Assembly (NCBI GenBank): GCA_020848255.1
Contig: JADLAJ010000089.1
Coordinates: 1 to 43,833 of the forward strand
Reading direction: 5' to 3'
Source: Chitinophagales bacterium
GTDB lineage: Bacteria > Bacteroidota > Bacteroidia > Chitinophagales > JADIYW01
DNA length: 43,833 nucleotides
Positions within the stretch are counted from its first letter, which is position 1, and each line of letters opens with the position of its first letter. Both the position numbers and the translations under genes were made by a program. Of the stretch, positions 16,090-25,524 are shown in pieces. The notes under the pieces are model-generated. The model made no database searches. It was not told the origin of the DNA and saw nothing but the letters and a program-made list of their open reading frames with translations.

Positions 16090-18072
16090 CTAAAACTTCA
16101 TCCGCTGTATTCTAATGGCATTTAATATGGCTAATAATGCTACACCAACATCTGCAAAAACCGCTTCCCACATAGTTGCTAAACCACCTGCACCGAGTAT
16201 CAGCACAGCGGCTTTTACCGTGAATGCCAAACCTATGTTTTGCCAAACAATTCGTTTTGTTTGTTTGCCAATATTTATTGCCATTGCTATTTTAGATGGT
16301 TCATCGTTTTGTATTACTACATCAGCTGTTTCAATAGTTGCATCACTACCTAATCCACCCATTGCTATACCTACATTGCTTAATGCTACTACTGGTGCAT
16401 CATTCACTCCATCGCCGACAAATGCAACTGTTTCATTCTTATCTTTAATTTCTTTTACCTTGTTTACTTTGTCTACAGGTAACAAATCACCAAATGCATT
16501 ATCAATGCCTAATTTATCGGCGATGAATTTAACAACAGAAGTTTTATCACCACTCAACATTGTAGTTTTTACTTTCATGCTGTGCAACTTATTTACGGCA
16601 TCTTGTGCATCTTCTTTTATTTCATCGGCAATAGTTAAATATCCAGCGAATTTTTTATCATAAGCAATCGCAATTACAGTATAAACAAGTTCATCGGTAT
16701 TTACATCATACGAAATATTGAATTTATCCATTAACTTGAAATTACCGACTAATAATTCTTTACCATTGATATTAGCTTTTAATCCATGACCTGCAATTTC
16801 CTCAACGTTGGTTAATTGAATGGATGTGTTTACATTTCCTACATACTTTTGAATAGCAGTAGCAACTGGATGTGTGCTTTGGCTTTCTAAAGCATTTACC
16901 ATTTGCAGTATCTCATCTTTATTAAATTCGGTTTTGATATTCACTTCTTGTACATGAAACACACCTTTAGTTAATGTTCCTGTTTTATCCATCACCACAT
17001 TTTGGATATTGGCAATAATATCTAAAAAATTACTTCCTTTAAATAGAATACCGTTCCGAGATGCTGCACCAATACCACCAAAATAACCTAATGGAATACT
17101 GATAACTAAAGCACATGGACAAGAGATAACCAAGAATACTAATGCTCTGTAAAGCCAATCTCTAAATACATAATCACTAACAAATAGCATTGGCAATACA
17201 CAAATGGCAACAGCTAAGAATACAACAATAGGTGTGTAAACTTTGGCGAACTTTCTGATAAATAATTCTGTTGGTGCTTTTTGTGCGGTAGCATTTTGTA
17301 CCAATTCTAATATCTTTGATAGCTTACTATCTTTATATGCCGTTGTTACTTTAATTTGAGAAACTGTATTTAGATTTATCATACCTGCTAAAACAATTTC
17401 ACCTTTTTGTTTGGTATCAGGTTTGCTTTCACCTGTCAACGCTGCTGTATTGAAAGATGCAGTTTCCGAAAGTAACTCACCATCTAAACCTAATTTTTCA
17501 CCTGACTTTAATTGTATAATATCACCAATATTTACCGTTTCTGCTTTTACTGTTTTAGCTTCGTTGTTTTGCAAAACGGTTACTGTATCAGGTCGTTGGT
17601 CAAGTAATGTTTTAATATTGGCTTTGGCTCTTTTAACTGCTAATGTTTGGAATACTTCACCGATTGCATAAAACAACATTACAGCAACACCTTCAGGATA
17701 TTCACCAATAGCAAATGCACCAATAGTTGCAATACTCATTAATAAAAACTCAGAGAATATTTCGCCTTTGCTGATACTCTCAAATGCTTCTTTAAGTACA
17801 GGAAAACCAACAGGAATATAAGCAACAATATACCATGCAATGCGTATATATCCAGTAAACCATGATTGGGTAATGTAGTTATCAAATACAATGGCAATTA
17901 ATAACAATGCTAAAGAAATAATTGCTGGTAAAAACATCCTGAATGTGCTTTGACTTTCTGTATGTTGGTGTTCGTCTTCAACAGAGTGTTTTTCAGCAAG
18001 TTGATTTATTTTTTCTTCCTGAGTACAGCAAAGTTGTTTGCCGTCTTTATCGTAAATATGCTTGTGTTCCAT
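16090..18072 (-). CDS. Zn/Cd/Pb-type (P1B-2-like) heavy-metal P-type ATPase
   Basis: CPC (SCPCALVIS), DKTGT, a TM7 Lys (FTVKAAV), a TM8 DxG (FADVGVALL) and GDGVNDAP. His/Cys-rich N-terminus with no HMA fold. Start at MEHKH (18072) avoids overlap with the upstream gene; the tracked start is 18096. Confidence 0.85.
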   Translation of the reverse strand: MEHKHIYDKDGKQLCCTQEEKINQLAEKHSVEDEHQHTESQSTFRMFLPAIISLALLLIAIVFDNYITQSWFTGYIRIAWYIVAYIPVGFPVLKEAFESISKGEIFSEFLLMSIATIGAFAIGEYPEGVAVMLFYAIGEVFQTLAVKRAKANIKTLLDQRPDTVTVLQNNEAKTVKAETVNIGDIIQLKSGEKLGLDGELLSETASFNTAALTGESKPDTKQKGEIVLAGMINLNTVSQIKVTTAYKDSKLSKILELVQNATAQKAPTELFIRKFAKVYTPIVVFLAVAICVLPMLFVSDYVFRDWLYRALVFLVISCPCALVISIPLGYFGGIGAASRNGILFKGSNFLDIIANIQNVVMDKTGTLTKGVFHVQEVNIKTEFNKDEILQMVNALESQSTHPVATAIQKYVGNVNTSIQLTNVEEIAGHGLKANINGKELLVGNFKLMDKFNISYDVNTDELVYTVIAIAYDKKFAGYLTIADEIKEDAQDAVNKLHSMKVKTTMLSGDKTSVVKFIADKLGIDNAFGDLLPVDKVNKVKEIKDKNETVAFVGDGVNDAPVVALSNVGIAMGGLGSDATIETADVVIQNDEPSKIAMAINIGKQTKRIVWQNIGLAFTVKAAVLILGAGGLATMWEAVFADVGVALLAILNAIRIQRMKF

Positions 18073-18076
18073 ATAA

Positions 18077-18430
18077 TTATTGTTTACAGCATCCATCTAA
18101 TTGTTCTACATATTCAGCAGCAGCCTTTTGGTCGTCGGCATCATAACCAGCTTTATTTATTTGGTCTCTAATGCTTTTAATCTTTGTTTCTGTTGGATTG
18201 TAAGAAACCTTGATTCTTGAATTTGGCACATCTAATGTTACAGTTTTAACTCCTTTTAGTTTCTTTACTGTTTTCTCTATACGAGATTTACATGATTCGC
18301 ATTTACTGCAATGGTCGCAATAGATTTTAGTTTTAATTGTTGCTACTGTATTTGGTGTTTGTGCTGTGCTATTATTTGAAAACATAAATAAAGCTGCTGT
18401 AATTAGAATTAAATTGATTATTGATTTCAT
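18077..18430 (-). CDS. secreted heavy-metal-associated (HMA-like) protein
   Basis: Signal peptide; IYCDHCSKCESCKSRIEKTVKKLKGVKTVTLD; C-terminal GCCKQ. Confidence 0.65.
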   Translation of the reverse strand: MKSIINLILITAALFMFSNNSTAQTPNTVATIKTKIYCDHCSKCESCKSRIEKTVKKLKGVKTVTLDVPNSRIKVSYNPTETKIKSIRDQINKAGYDADDQKAAAEYVEQLDGCCKQ

Positions 18431-18456
18431 TGATTTATTTTTAATAGTGATGAATA

Positions 18457-18825
18457 TTAATTTTTAGTGTTATTGATAATTTCTTTCAAGTCGTTTGGAA
18501 TTTCCATTACCTTTAAAGGTGGTACATTTGCGCCACCTGTATTGCCAGTAGGTATTGTGCCAACAAATGATTTAACACCACCGACTAACAATCGTGGAAT
18601 TTGTCCAATGACTTCTTTTGTATCTTTAATTTTGATACCGAACAAAAGCATTTGCCAATGAACTGCTGTATGTTCTATTGGATAAGGTTGTGCTAAGATG
18701 TGCGCACGTTCTAAGTGATTCCAACTAACAGCTAATTCATTTTTCTGAAATGATACTTTTGCATTGTTTAATTCGGATTGATAGAACGGAATTAATTTAA
18801 CTGGCATTATAGTATTTATCTTCAT
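18457..18825 (-). CDS. DUF3703-like protein
   Basis: 122 aa ORF. HLERAHILAQPYPIEHTAVHWQMLLFGIKIKD is characteristic of this family as recalled. Confidence 0.55.
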   Translation of the reverse strand: MKINTIMPVKLIPFYQSELNNAKVSFQKNELAVSWNHLERAHILAQPYPIEHTAVHWQMLLFGIKIKDTKEVIGQIPRLLVGGVKSFVGTIPTGNTGGANVPPLKVMEIPNDLKEIINNTKN

Positions 18826-18836
18826 AGCATTTAATT

Positions 18837-20138
18837 TTAGTGTTCGTGTGCTTCACCTTGATTAGTTAATTTAGCATTGACAAAGAATGCACCTTTGGTT
18901 ACAATCTTTGCATCTTTAGGTATTTCATTTACTGTGGTTATTGCAGTATAACCAATATTAGAAATACCTTTTACAACTTCGATTCTCTCAAAATTAATAG
19001 TTGGTTGTTTTTCTTTTTCTTCATCGTGTTTTTCATTTGCTGAATGCTTGTGTCCTTCTTCTTCATCGTGATGTTCATCAGGTTTTTTATCAGTAATAAT
19101 AAAAATAAAACTTCTACCTTCTGCATCAACAATAGCTTCATTTGGAACGGCTGCTGTTGTAATATTATTTAAACTCACAATAGCAGTAATATTCATACCA
19201 TCAATTAAACCTGTTTTATTACCTTGTACAGTACAATGTATAGGAATAGTTTTGCTATCATTTTCAAAAGTAGTACCTATACTATAAATTTTAGCATCGT
19301 ATTCGTTAACAGGATTATTTGTAAGTGTAAAGTGAATTACCTGACCAACTTTAAGTAACGGCAAATCTTTTTCAAAAATATTTAAGTCTAAATGCAATTG
19401 ACTATTATCTACAATTTCTGCAACTGGTGATGATACATCTACATAGCTTCCTATTTTAGAAAACACATTACTGATTGTACCACTAATAGGACTTTTAACT
19501 ACTAATGCAGAACGTAAATTATTATTGCTTACACTACTCGGATTAATTCCCATGAGTTGTATTTGTTCTTGCAGAGATGCTTTGCGTGTGCGCAATGTTT
19601 TGAGTTCTGCATCTGCACTCTGATAATTTTTTAAAGCACCTGCGTTGCCATCACTTAATTCTTTTTGTCGTGCCAACTCTTGTTCTGCATAAATAATTTT
19701 ACTTGTCACGGTTAAGTATTCTTCTTGTAATTGTATAAACTGTGGATTAGTGATAGTGGCAATTACCTGACCACTTTTTACATTGCTTCCGACTTGAACA
19801 TTAATTGTTTTAATAACACCACCGTACAAAGATGTTGCATTTGCTTTGTTGTTATTTGGCACACGCAATGCACCGTTAGCTTTAAGTGTAGCTGTTAATT
19901 GTTTTTGTTCAATGCTGCCAAACTGAATACCTACCGTTTTGATTTGTTCATCAGTAAGCGATGCAATAGTAGCTTCTGTGCTTTCTTCTTCAACTTCACC
20001 TGTTGTTTTTTCTTCTTTAGCTTCTTGTGTTGTGCCGTGTTTATGTCCGTCACTTTCATTGTGCGAACAAGCAGTAAGTAGCACTACAAATAGTAGCATT
20101 AAATACTTATTGTTTAAAGATTTTATATTGATTGTCAT
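18837..20138 (-). CDS. efflux RND periplasmic adaptor subunit (CzcB/CusB-like), His-rich
   Basis: Lipobox LLTACS, a coiled-coil hairpin region and barrel-sandwich motifs. His/Glu-rich stretches (HNESDGHKHG, DEHHDEEEGHKHSANEKHDEE, terminal GEAHEH). Immediately downstream of the RND gene. Confidence 0.85.
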   Translation of the reverse strand: MTINIKSLNNKYLMLLFVVLLTACSHNESDGHKHGTTQEAKEEKTTGEVEEESTEATIASLTDEQIKTVGIQFGSIEQKQLTATLKANGALRVPNNNKANATSLYGGVIKTINVQVGSNVKSGQVIATITNPQFIQLQEEYLTVTSKIIYAEQELARQKELSDGNAGALKNYQSADAELKTLRTRKASLQEQIQLMGINPSSVSNNNLRSALVVKSPISGTISNVFSKIGSYVDVSSPVAEIVDNSQLHLDLNIFEKDLPLLKVGQVIHFTLTNNPVNEYDAKIYSIGTTFENDSKTIPIHCTVQGNKTGLIDGMNITAIVSLNNITTAAVPNEAIVDAEGRSFIFIITDKKPDEHHDEEEGHKHSANEKHDEEKEKQPTINFERIEVVKGISNIGYTAITTVNEIPKDAKIVTKGAFFVNAKLTNQGEAHEH

Positions 20139-20144
20139 CTTAGT

Positions 20145-23100
20145 TTATTTACTGATTAGATAATTGATATTAACTACTGTTTGATTAATTTGATGAATAG
20201 ATTGCAGATACTTTAATTCTACATCCGTTTCATTTTGCAATGCCAGTATATATTCAATATAACTTGCATCACCTGTTTTATAACCTAACTTTGCTGCCTT
20301 TATTATTTCTGCTGCTGTCGGCAATGCTTGTTGTTTATAATAATTATATTGCAACATATACTGGTTGTATTGCTGAAACGCATTTACCAACTGAATTTCT
20401 ATTTGATGTTGTTCGTTTTGTGCGGTAGCTTGTAATGCTTGTTTTTGATAATCTAAAGATTTAATTTTTGCCTTAGTTGCGCCAAATGTAAGTGGTATGC
20501 CAATGCCAATAGAACCAACATGAAAACGGTTTCCAGCGTTAAAATATTTTTCCTGATTATTAATCGTTTGAAAGCCGATTAAAGATTGATTATTGTAACC
20601 AAAAGTAAAATCAGGTAAACCAATTGCCTTCTCTACTTTTTTATTTTGTTCGGCAACTGTTGCTTCTTGTAATATCTTTTTAATAATCGGATTTTGTGCA
20701 AGCAAGTTAGTATCTACAATTGTAACAGTTTGCAATGGTAGATACGGTTGTACAGTAGCAATAGAAAAATCATCACTTGTATTCATCCACATTTTTAGCA
20801 GATTATACGTTGCAGTAATATTGTTTTCGCTTTCTTGCAACAATAATTTTATTTCACTTCTTTTTGCTTCGGCTGTTGTTTTTTCTAATTGCTTTGTTTC
20901 ACCAGTTATAAATCTTAAAGCAGATGCGTATACAAAATCAACATACAAGCTGTCTAAATGCAGTAGTTTGTTTTTATTGTTTTCAAAAAATACTAACTGA
21001 TAATAATACGTTTGTACTTGCGCTTTAATTTCGTTTTCAGTTATCTGCTTAGAAAGTTCTTTACTAATAACTTCTGCTTTAACCGCTTCTCTCTTTGCTG
21101 AAAATAAAGAAGGAAACGGAATCGTTTGTGAAATTTCAAAAGCATTATCAAATTTCTTACTGTTGTATTGACCTAACTGTACATTGAAATTTGTTTTAGG
21201 TATTTCTTTTGCAGATTTACTTAAACTTTTAGTTGCTAATACTGCTAATTCATCTGCCTTTAGTTTAGAACTATTCTTTAGTGCAACACTTGTGATTTCT
21301 TCTAAACTTAATTGATTGGTTTGTGCATTAGCAAAATGTGTAGATAATAATAGTATTACTAAGATGCTTGTTATTGATTTCATTGGCTTTTTGTTTAATG
21401 AAATTTTAGAATTGAAAATGATGTATAACAATGGTAATACAAACAAGGTTAAGAAAGTAGCAGTTATTAAACCACCAATTACAACTGTTGCTAATGGTTT
21501 CTGAACTTCTGCACCAGCACTACCACTTAATGCCATTGGTAAAAATCCTAATGAAGCTACGGTTGCTGTCATTAAAACTGGTCGTAAGCGAATTTTTGTA
21601 CCTTCAATAACACGGCTAACAACGTCATTCCAGCCATCTTTTTCTAACTGGTTAAATGTGCCAATCAAAACAATTCCGTTTAAAACCGCTACGCCAAACA
21701 ATGCGATAAAGCCAATACCTGCTGAAATGCTAAAAGGCATACCACGAATTAATAAAGCAAAAACACCACCGATAGCACTCATTGGAATAGCAGTAAAAAT
21801 TAAGGTTGCTTGTTTCAAAGAATTAAACGTGAAGTATAAGAGCATAAAGATTAACAATAAAGAAATTGGTACTGCTATCATTAAGCGTTTAGATGCTTTT
21901 TGAAGATTTTCAAACGTACCACCATAAGTGAAATAATAACCTGACGGCAATTTAATTTCAGCAGTAAGTTTGTGCTGAATCTCCTCCACAACACTTTGAA
22001 CATCTCTTTCATCTACATTAAAACCGACGACTACTCTGCGCTTACCTGCTTCACGGCTAATTTGTGCTGCACCTAATTTATAAGATACGTTTGCAACTTG
22101 TGATAACGGTATTTGATTGCCAAATGATGTAGGTATAAATAAATTATTTACATCGTCAATGGTACTTCTATATGCACTATCTAAACGAACTACTAAATCA
22201 AATTTCCGTTCATTCTCATATACAACTCCAGTAGATTTTCCTGCAAATGCAGTACTGATAATATCGTTTACATCTTCAATATTTAAACCGTAGTTTGCTA
22301 ATCTCATTCTGTCATACTCTACATTGATTTGAGGTAAGCCATCTACACGTTCAATCATTGGTGTTGTTGCTCCATCTACCTTTTGGATAATCTTGCCTAC
22401 TTTGTTTGCATACGCCAAAAGTGTGTCCATATTTTCACCGAAAACTTTAACTGCAACATCTTGTCGAATACCTGTCATTAACTCATTAAATCGCATTTGT
22501 ATCGGCTGATTTTTCTCAAAGAAAACGCCAGGAATAGCTTCTAATCGCTCGATGATTTCATCAGCTAATTCATCATAACTTTTATCTGATTTCCATTCTT
22601 TTTGAGGTTTAAGAATTATCATCATATCTGTTGCTTCAGGTGGCATTGGGTCGGTTGGTACTTCTGCTGCTCCAGTTTTGCCGACAACCATTTTTACCTC
22701 ATCAAATTGTTTTATAATTCGAGATGCTTGCATGGATGTTTCTAAACTTTGGCTAAGAGATGTGCCTTGTGGTAAAATACAATGAAAAGCAAAATCACCT
22801 TCCTGAAGTGTCGGAATAAATTCGCCACCCATTCTGCTAAATATAAATAATGAGGTAGCAAAAAGTATAACTGTAATTGTTATCAGCACGTACTTTAATC
22901 TAATAGCTTTATTTAATAATGGTTGATAGATTTTGTAAAAGAATGCCATCATTTTATCCGATATAGTATCATGTGGTTTTAATTGTTTAGGCAATATTAA
23001 AGCACACATCATAGGTATATAAGTTAACGACAATATCAATGCACCAAAAATTGCAAAGCTAACTGTCATTGCCATTGGCTTGAACATTTTACCTTCAATA

Positions 23101-24503
23101 CCTATTAAAGACAAAATAGGTATATACACTATCAAGATTATTATTTCACCAAAAGCAGCACTACTTCTGATTTTTGAAGCCGACTGAAATACTTCATCAT
23201 CCATTTCTGATTGAGATAGTTTCTGTACGGATTGCCTTAACCCTAAATGGTGTAAGGTGGCTTCTACAATAATTACAGCTCCATCTACAATTAAACCAAA
23301 ATCAATAGCACCTAAACTCATTAAGTTGGCACTAACACCGAACACATTCATTAATGCTAATGCAAATAACATTGATAATGGAATAGCAGAGGCAACAATT
23401 AAACCTGCTCTTAGATTTCCGAGAAACAACACTAAAACAAATATGACTATTAAAGCACCTTCAATAAGATTTTTCTCTACTGTTGATATAGCACGTTTTA
23501 CTAAATCTGTTCTATCTAAATACGCTTCAATTATTATGTCATCAGGTAATGATTTTTGTATGGTTATCATTTTCTCCTTGATGCGTTTTACAACCTCATT
23601 GCTGTTTTCGCCTTTTAGCATCATTACCACACCACCAACTGCATCTACTTCACCGTTATATGTCATAGCACCGTACCGAACAGCATTGCCAAATTTTACT
23701 TCTGCTACATCTTTAATAAAAATTGGTACGCTATTGGCATTACTTTTAACAACAATATTTTTTACGTCTTCTAATGAAGTAACCAAACCAACACCACGAA
23801 TAAAATATGCATTAGGTTTTTTGTCGATGTATGCACCGCCAGTATTTTGATTGTTTTTTTCTAAGGCATTAAAAATATCAGGTATAGTTATACCCATTGC
23901 TTTTAGTCGATTAGGATTGATGGCAACTTCATATTGCTTTAGTTTGCCACCAAAACTATTGACTTCTGCTACTCCTTTTGTACCATTTACTTGACGTGCT
24001 ACAATCCAATCTTGCATGGTGCGCAAATCCATTGCAGTATAGTTATTTTCACTACCTTTTTTGGGATGTAATACATATTGATATACTTCGCCAAGTCCTG
24101 TACTAACTGGTGCTAATTCAGGAATGCCAACGCCTTTTGGTATATCTTCTTCTGCTTCTTTTAGTTTCTCATTAATGAGTTGCCGAGCAAAGTATATATC
24201 TACTTTCTCATCAAAGACAACTGTTATAACAGACAAACCAAACCTTGATATACTTCTTGTTTCTTCAATATCAGGTAGGTTTACAATACTTTGTTCAATA
24301 GGAAACGTAACTAATTGTTCTACTTCCTGACCTGCCAAAGTAGGACAAATAGTAATTATTTGTACCTGATTATTAGTTATATCAGGTACGGCATCAATAG
24401 GTAATTTTGTGGCACTCCACAAACCCCAAATAATAAGTAATAAAGTCATTAAGCCAATAATGAATTTATTTTTTATACTAAAATGAATGATTTTGTCTAA
24501 CAT
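20145..24503 (-). CDS. CzcA-family heavy-metal RND pump fused in frame to a TolC-like outer membrane factor
   Basis: 1452 aa with no stop. Residues 1 to about 1035 are RND, with AIDFGLIVDGAVIIVE in TM4. Residues 1041..1452 start with the signal-peptide-like MKSITSILVILLLSTHFANAQ (Met codon at 21381..21383) and continue as a TolC/CzcC-like domain. Confidence 0.85.
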   Translation of the reverse strand: MLDKIIHFSIKNKFIIGLMTLLLIIWGLWSATKLPIDAVPDITNNQVQIITICPTLAGQEVEQLVTFPIEQSIVNLPDIEETRSISRFGLSVITVVFDEKVDIYFARQLINEKLKEAEEDIPKGVGIPELAPVSTGLGEVYQYVLHPKKGSENNYTAMDLRTMQDWIVARQVNGTKGVAEVNSFGGKLKQYEVAINPNRLKAMGITIPDIFNALEKNNQNTGGAYIDKKPNAYFIRGVGLVTSLEDVKNIVVKSNANSVPIFIKDVAEVKFGNAVRYGAMTYNGEVDAVGGVVMMLKGENSNEVVKRIKEKMITIQKSLPDDIIIEAYLDRTDLVKRAISTVEKNLIEGALIVIFVLVLFLGNLRAGLIVASAIPLSMLFALALMNVFGVSANLMSLGAIDFGLIVDGAVIIVEATLHHLGLRQSVQKLSQSEMDDEVFQSASKIRSSAAFGEIIILIVYIPILSLIGIEGKMFKPMAMTVSFAIFGALILSLTYIPMMCALILPKQLKPHDTISDKMMAFFYKIYQPLLNKAIRLKYVLITITVILFATSLFIFSRMGGEFIPTLQEGDFAFHCILPQGTSLSQSLETSMQASRIIKQFDEVKMVVGKTGAAEVPTDPMPPEATDMMIILKPQKEWKSDKSYDELADEIIERLEAIPGVFFEKNQPIQMRFNELMTGIRQDVAVKVFGENMDTLLAYANKVGKIIQKVDGATTPMIERVDGLPQINVEYDRMRLANYGLNIEDVNDIISTAFAGKSTGVVYENERKFDLVVRLDSAYRSTIDDVNNLFIPTSFGNQIPLSQVANVSYKLGAAQISREAGKRRVVVGFNVDERDVQSVVEEIQHKLTAEIKLPSGYYFTYGGTFENLQKASKRLMIAVPISLLLIFMLLYFTFNSLKQATLIFTAIPMSAIGGVFALLIRGMPFSISAGIGFIALFGVAVLNGIVLIGTFNQLEKDGWNDVVSRVIEGTKIRLRPVLMTATVASLGFLPMALSGSAGAEVQKPLATVVIGGLITATFLTLFVLPLLYIIFNSKISLNKKPMKSITSILVILLLSTHFANAQTNQLSLEEITSVALKNSSKLKADELAVLATKSLSKSAKEIPKTNFNVQLGQYNSKKFDNAFEISQTIPFPSLFSAKREAVKAEVISKELSKQITENEIKAQVQTYYYQLVFFENNKNKLLHLDSLYVDFVYASALRFITGETKQLEKTTAEAKRSEIKLLLQESENNITATYNLLKMWMNTSDDFSIATVQPYLPLQTVTIVDTNLLAQNPIIKKILQEATVAEQNKKVEKAIGLPDFTFGYNNQSLIGFQTINNQEKYFNAGNRFHVGSIGIGIPLTFGATKAKIKSLDYQKQALQATAQNEQHQIEIQLVNAFQQYNQYMLQYNYYKQQALPTAAEIIKAAKLGYKTGDASYIEYILALQNETDVELKYLQSIHQINQTVVNINYLISK

Positions 24504-24592
24504 AGTTAAAATTTAATAATCGTGAATAATGCCGTATCGAATGAATCAATAAGCATAAAAAGCATTACAGCGTAATGCAACAGAATAAACGA

Positions 24593-24904
24593 TTAAGAAA
24601 TTTTAGGTGGCTGCCAAATACTGGCACTAAATTGAGAGCTAAATGTTTGATTGTATATTGCTATACTTTTATTAAAGATTTCAGGCTTTAAAATAGTTTG
24701 TGCTACTGGATAATTAATTTTACTTGTAACAGGCTGACCGCAACAAGCACAAATACAAAACGGCGTACAATTTTCGTTTTCGTGCTTGTGGCTGTTATGA
24801 GATTGTTCAGATTTATTTCCCTCATCACATTCAACACTATCGCTACACGGCGCAAGTGAAAGCACCAAAATGTATATGCTAAATATGATTGTGAAAAATT
24901 TCAT
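24593..24904 (-). CDS. DUF6660-like small Cys/His-rich protein
   Basis: MKFFTIIFSIYILVLSLAPCSD...HKHENENCTPFCICACC is the pattern of the family that typically precedes czcA-like genes in Bacteroidota (recalled). ATG at 24904 preferred over the tracked TTG at 24922. Confidence 0.55.
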   Translation of the reverse strand: MKFFTIIFSIYILVLSLAPCSDSVECDEGNKSEQSHNSHKHENENCTPFCICACCGQPVTSKINYPVAQTILKPEIFNKSIAIYNQTFSSQFSASIWQPPKIS

Positions 24905-25161
24905 TGAGCCAAATATAGACAAAAATAAGTAAAGTCAATTCTAATATGTGTTAACGGTGGTTTACAATTTATTAATATTGTGTGCCGAAATTAGACTTGA
25001 TACATTGAATACAATGGAGTAGTTTTGGATAAATAAAGAAACTCCAGGAATTAAACCCAAACCTATTGTCCTGGTTCTTAACACTTTGTATCTTTAATAC
25101 ATGTTAAGAAGGTTAAATGCTCTTATGTGTAAAATAACAACGAATCAAATTCATTCACCAA

Positions 25162-25524
25162 ATGTCAATCGGTGCTGAATCTCCACTAATTAGTATTAGT
25201 GAAATTGCTGCAATCTTAAAGAAGAAAAATGATGCAGCTATCAAATGGCTAACAGAACATAAAGTTTCAATTCACAAGTTCGGTAAAAGCAGCCATGTTT
25301 ATAAGATTGATTGGTTAATTCTATTAGGTAAAATCTATGCTAAAGAATTAAGAAAAACCTATCCGAATACATGGTCAGATAAATACCGAATGATTGAAAA
25401 AAATGAAATCATATCAGGTATGGTAATACATGAATTGGCTTCTGAAAAAGCATGCTTGCCAACAACGGTGGTTAAACCGATAAATAACAATGATAAAACA
25501 TTTTTAAAAAGTATAACAAGATGA
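25162..25524 (+). CDS. small DNA-binding (excisionase-like) protein
   Basis: 120 aa ORF whose stop overlaps the integrase start (ATGA). The N-terminal ISISEIAAILKKKNDAAIKWLTEHKV resembles an HTH. The function is inferred from position. Confidence 0.4.
   Translation: MSIGAESPLISISEIAAILKKKNDAAIKWLTEHKVSIHKFGKSSHVYKIDWLILLGKIYAKELRKTYPNTWSDKYRMIEKNEIISGMVIHELASEKACLPTTVVKPINNNDKTFLKSITR

Noticed and set aside
23257-23850. Long antisense ORFs inside large genes (for example 23257..23850 in the RND gene, 16115..16663 in the ATPase, 32732..33424 opposite sucD, 35694..36122 opposite pirin, 14151..14624, 28852..29262)
   Set aside because: Each lies fully within a strongly motif-supported gene on the other strand. 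Their translations are low-complexity or hydrophobic noise with no recognisable motifs.
24562-24578. Small hairpin gcattac-agc-gtaatgc between the DUF6660 and RND genes
   Set aside because: It has a 7-bp stem with a 3-nt loop and no T-run. It is too weak to call a terminator or attenuator from sequence alone.
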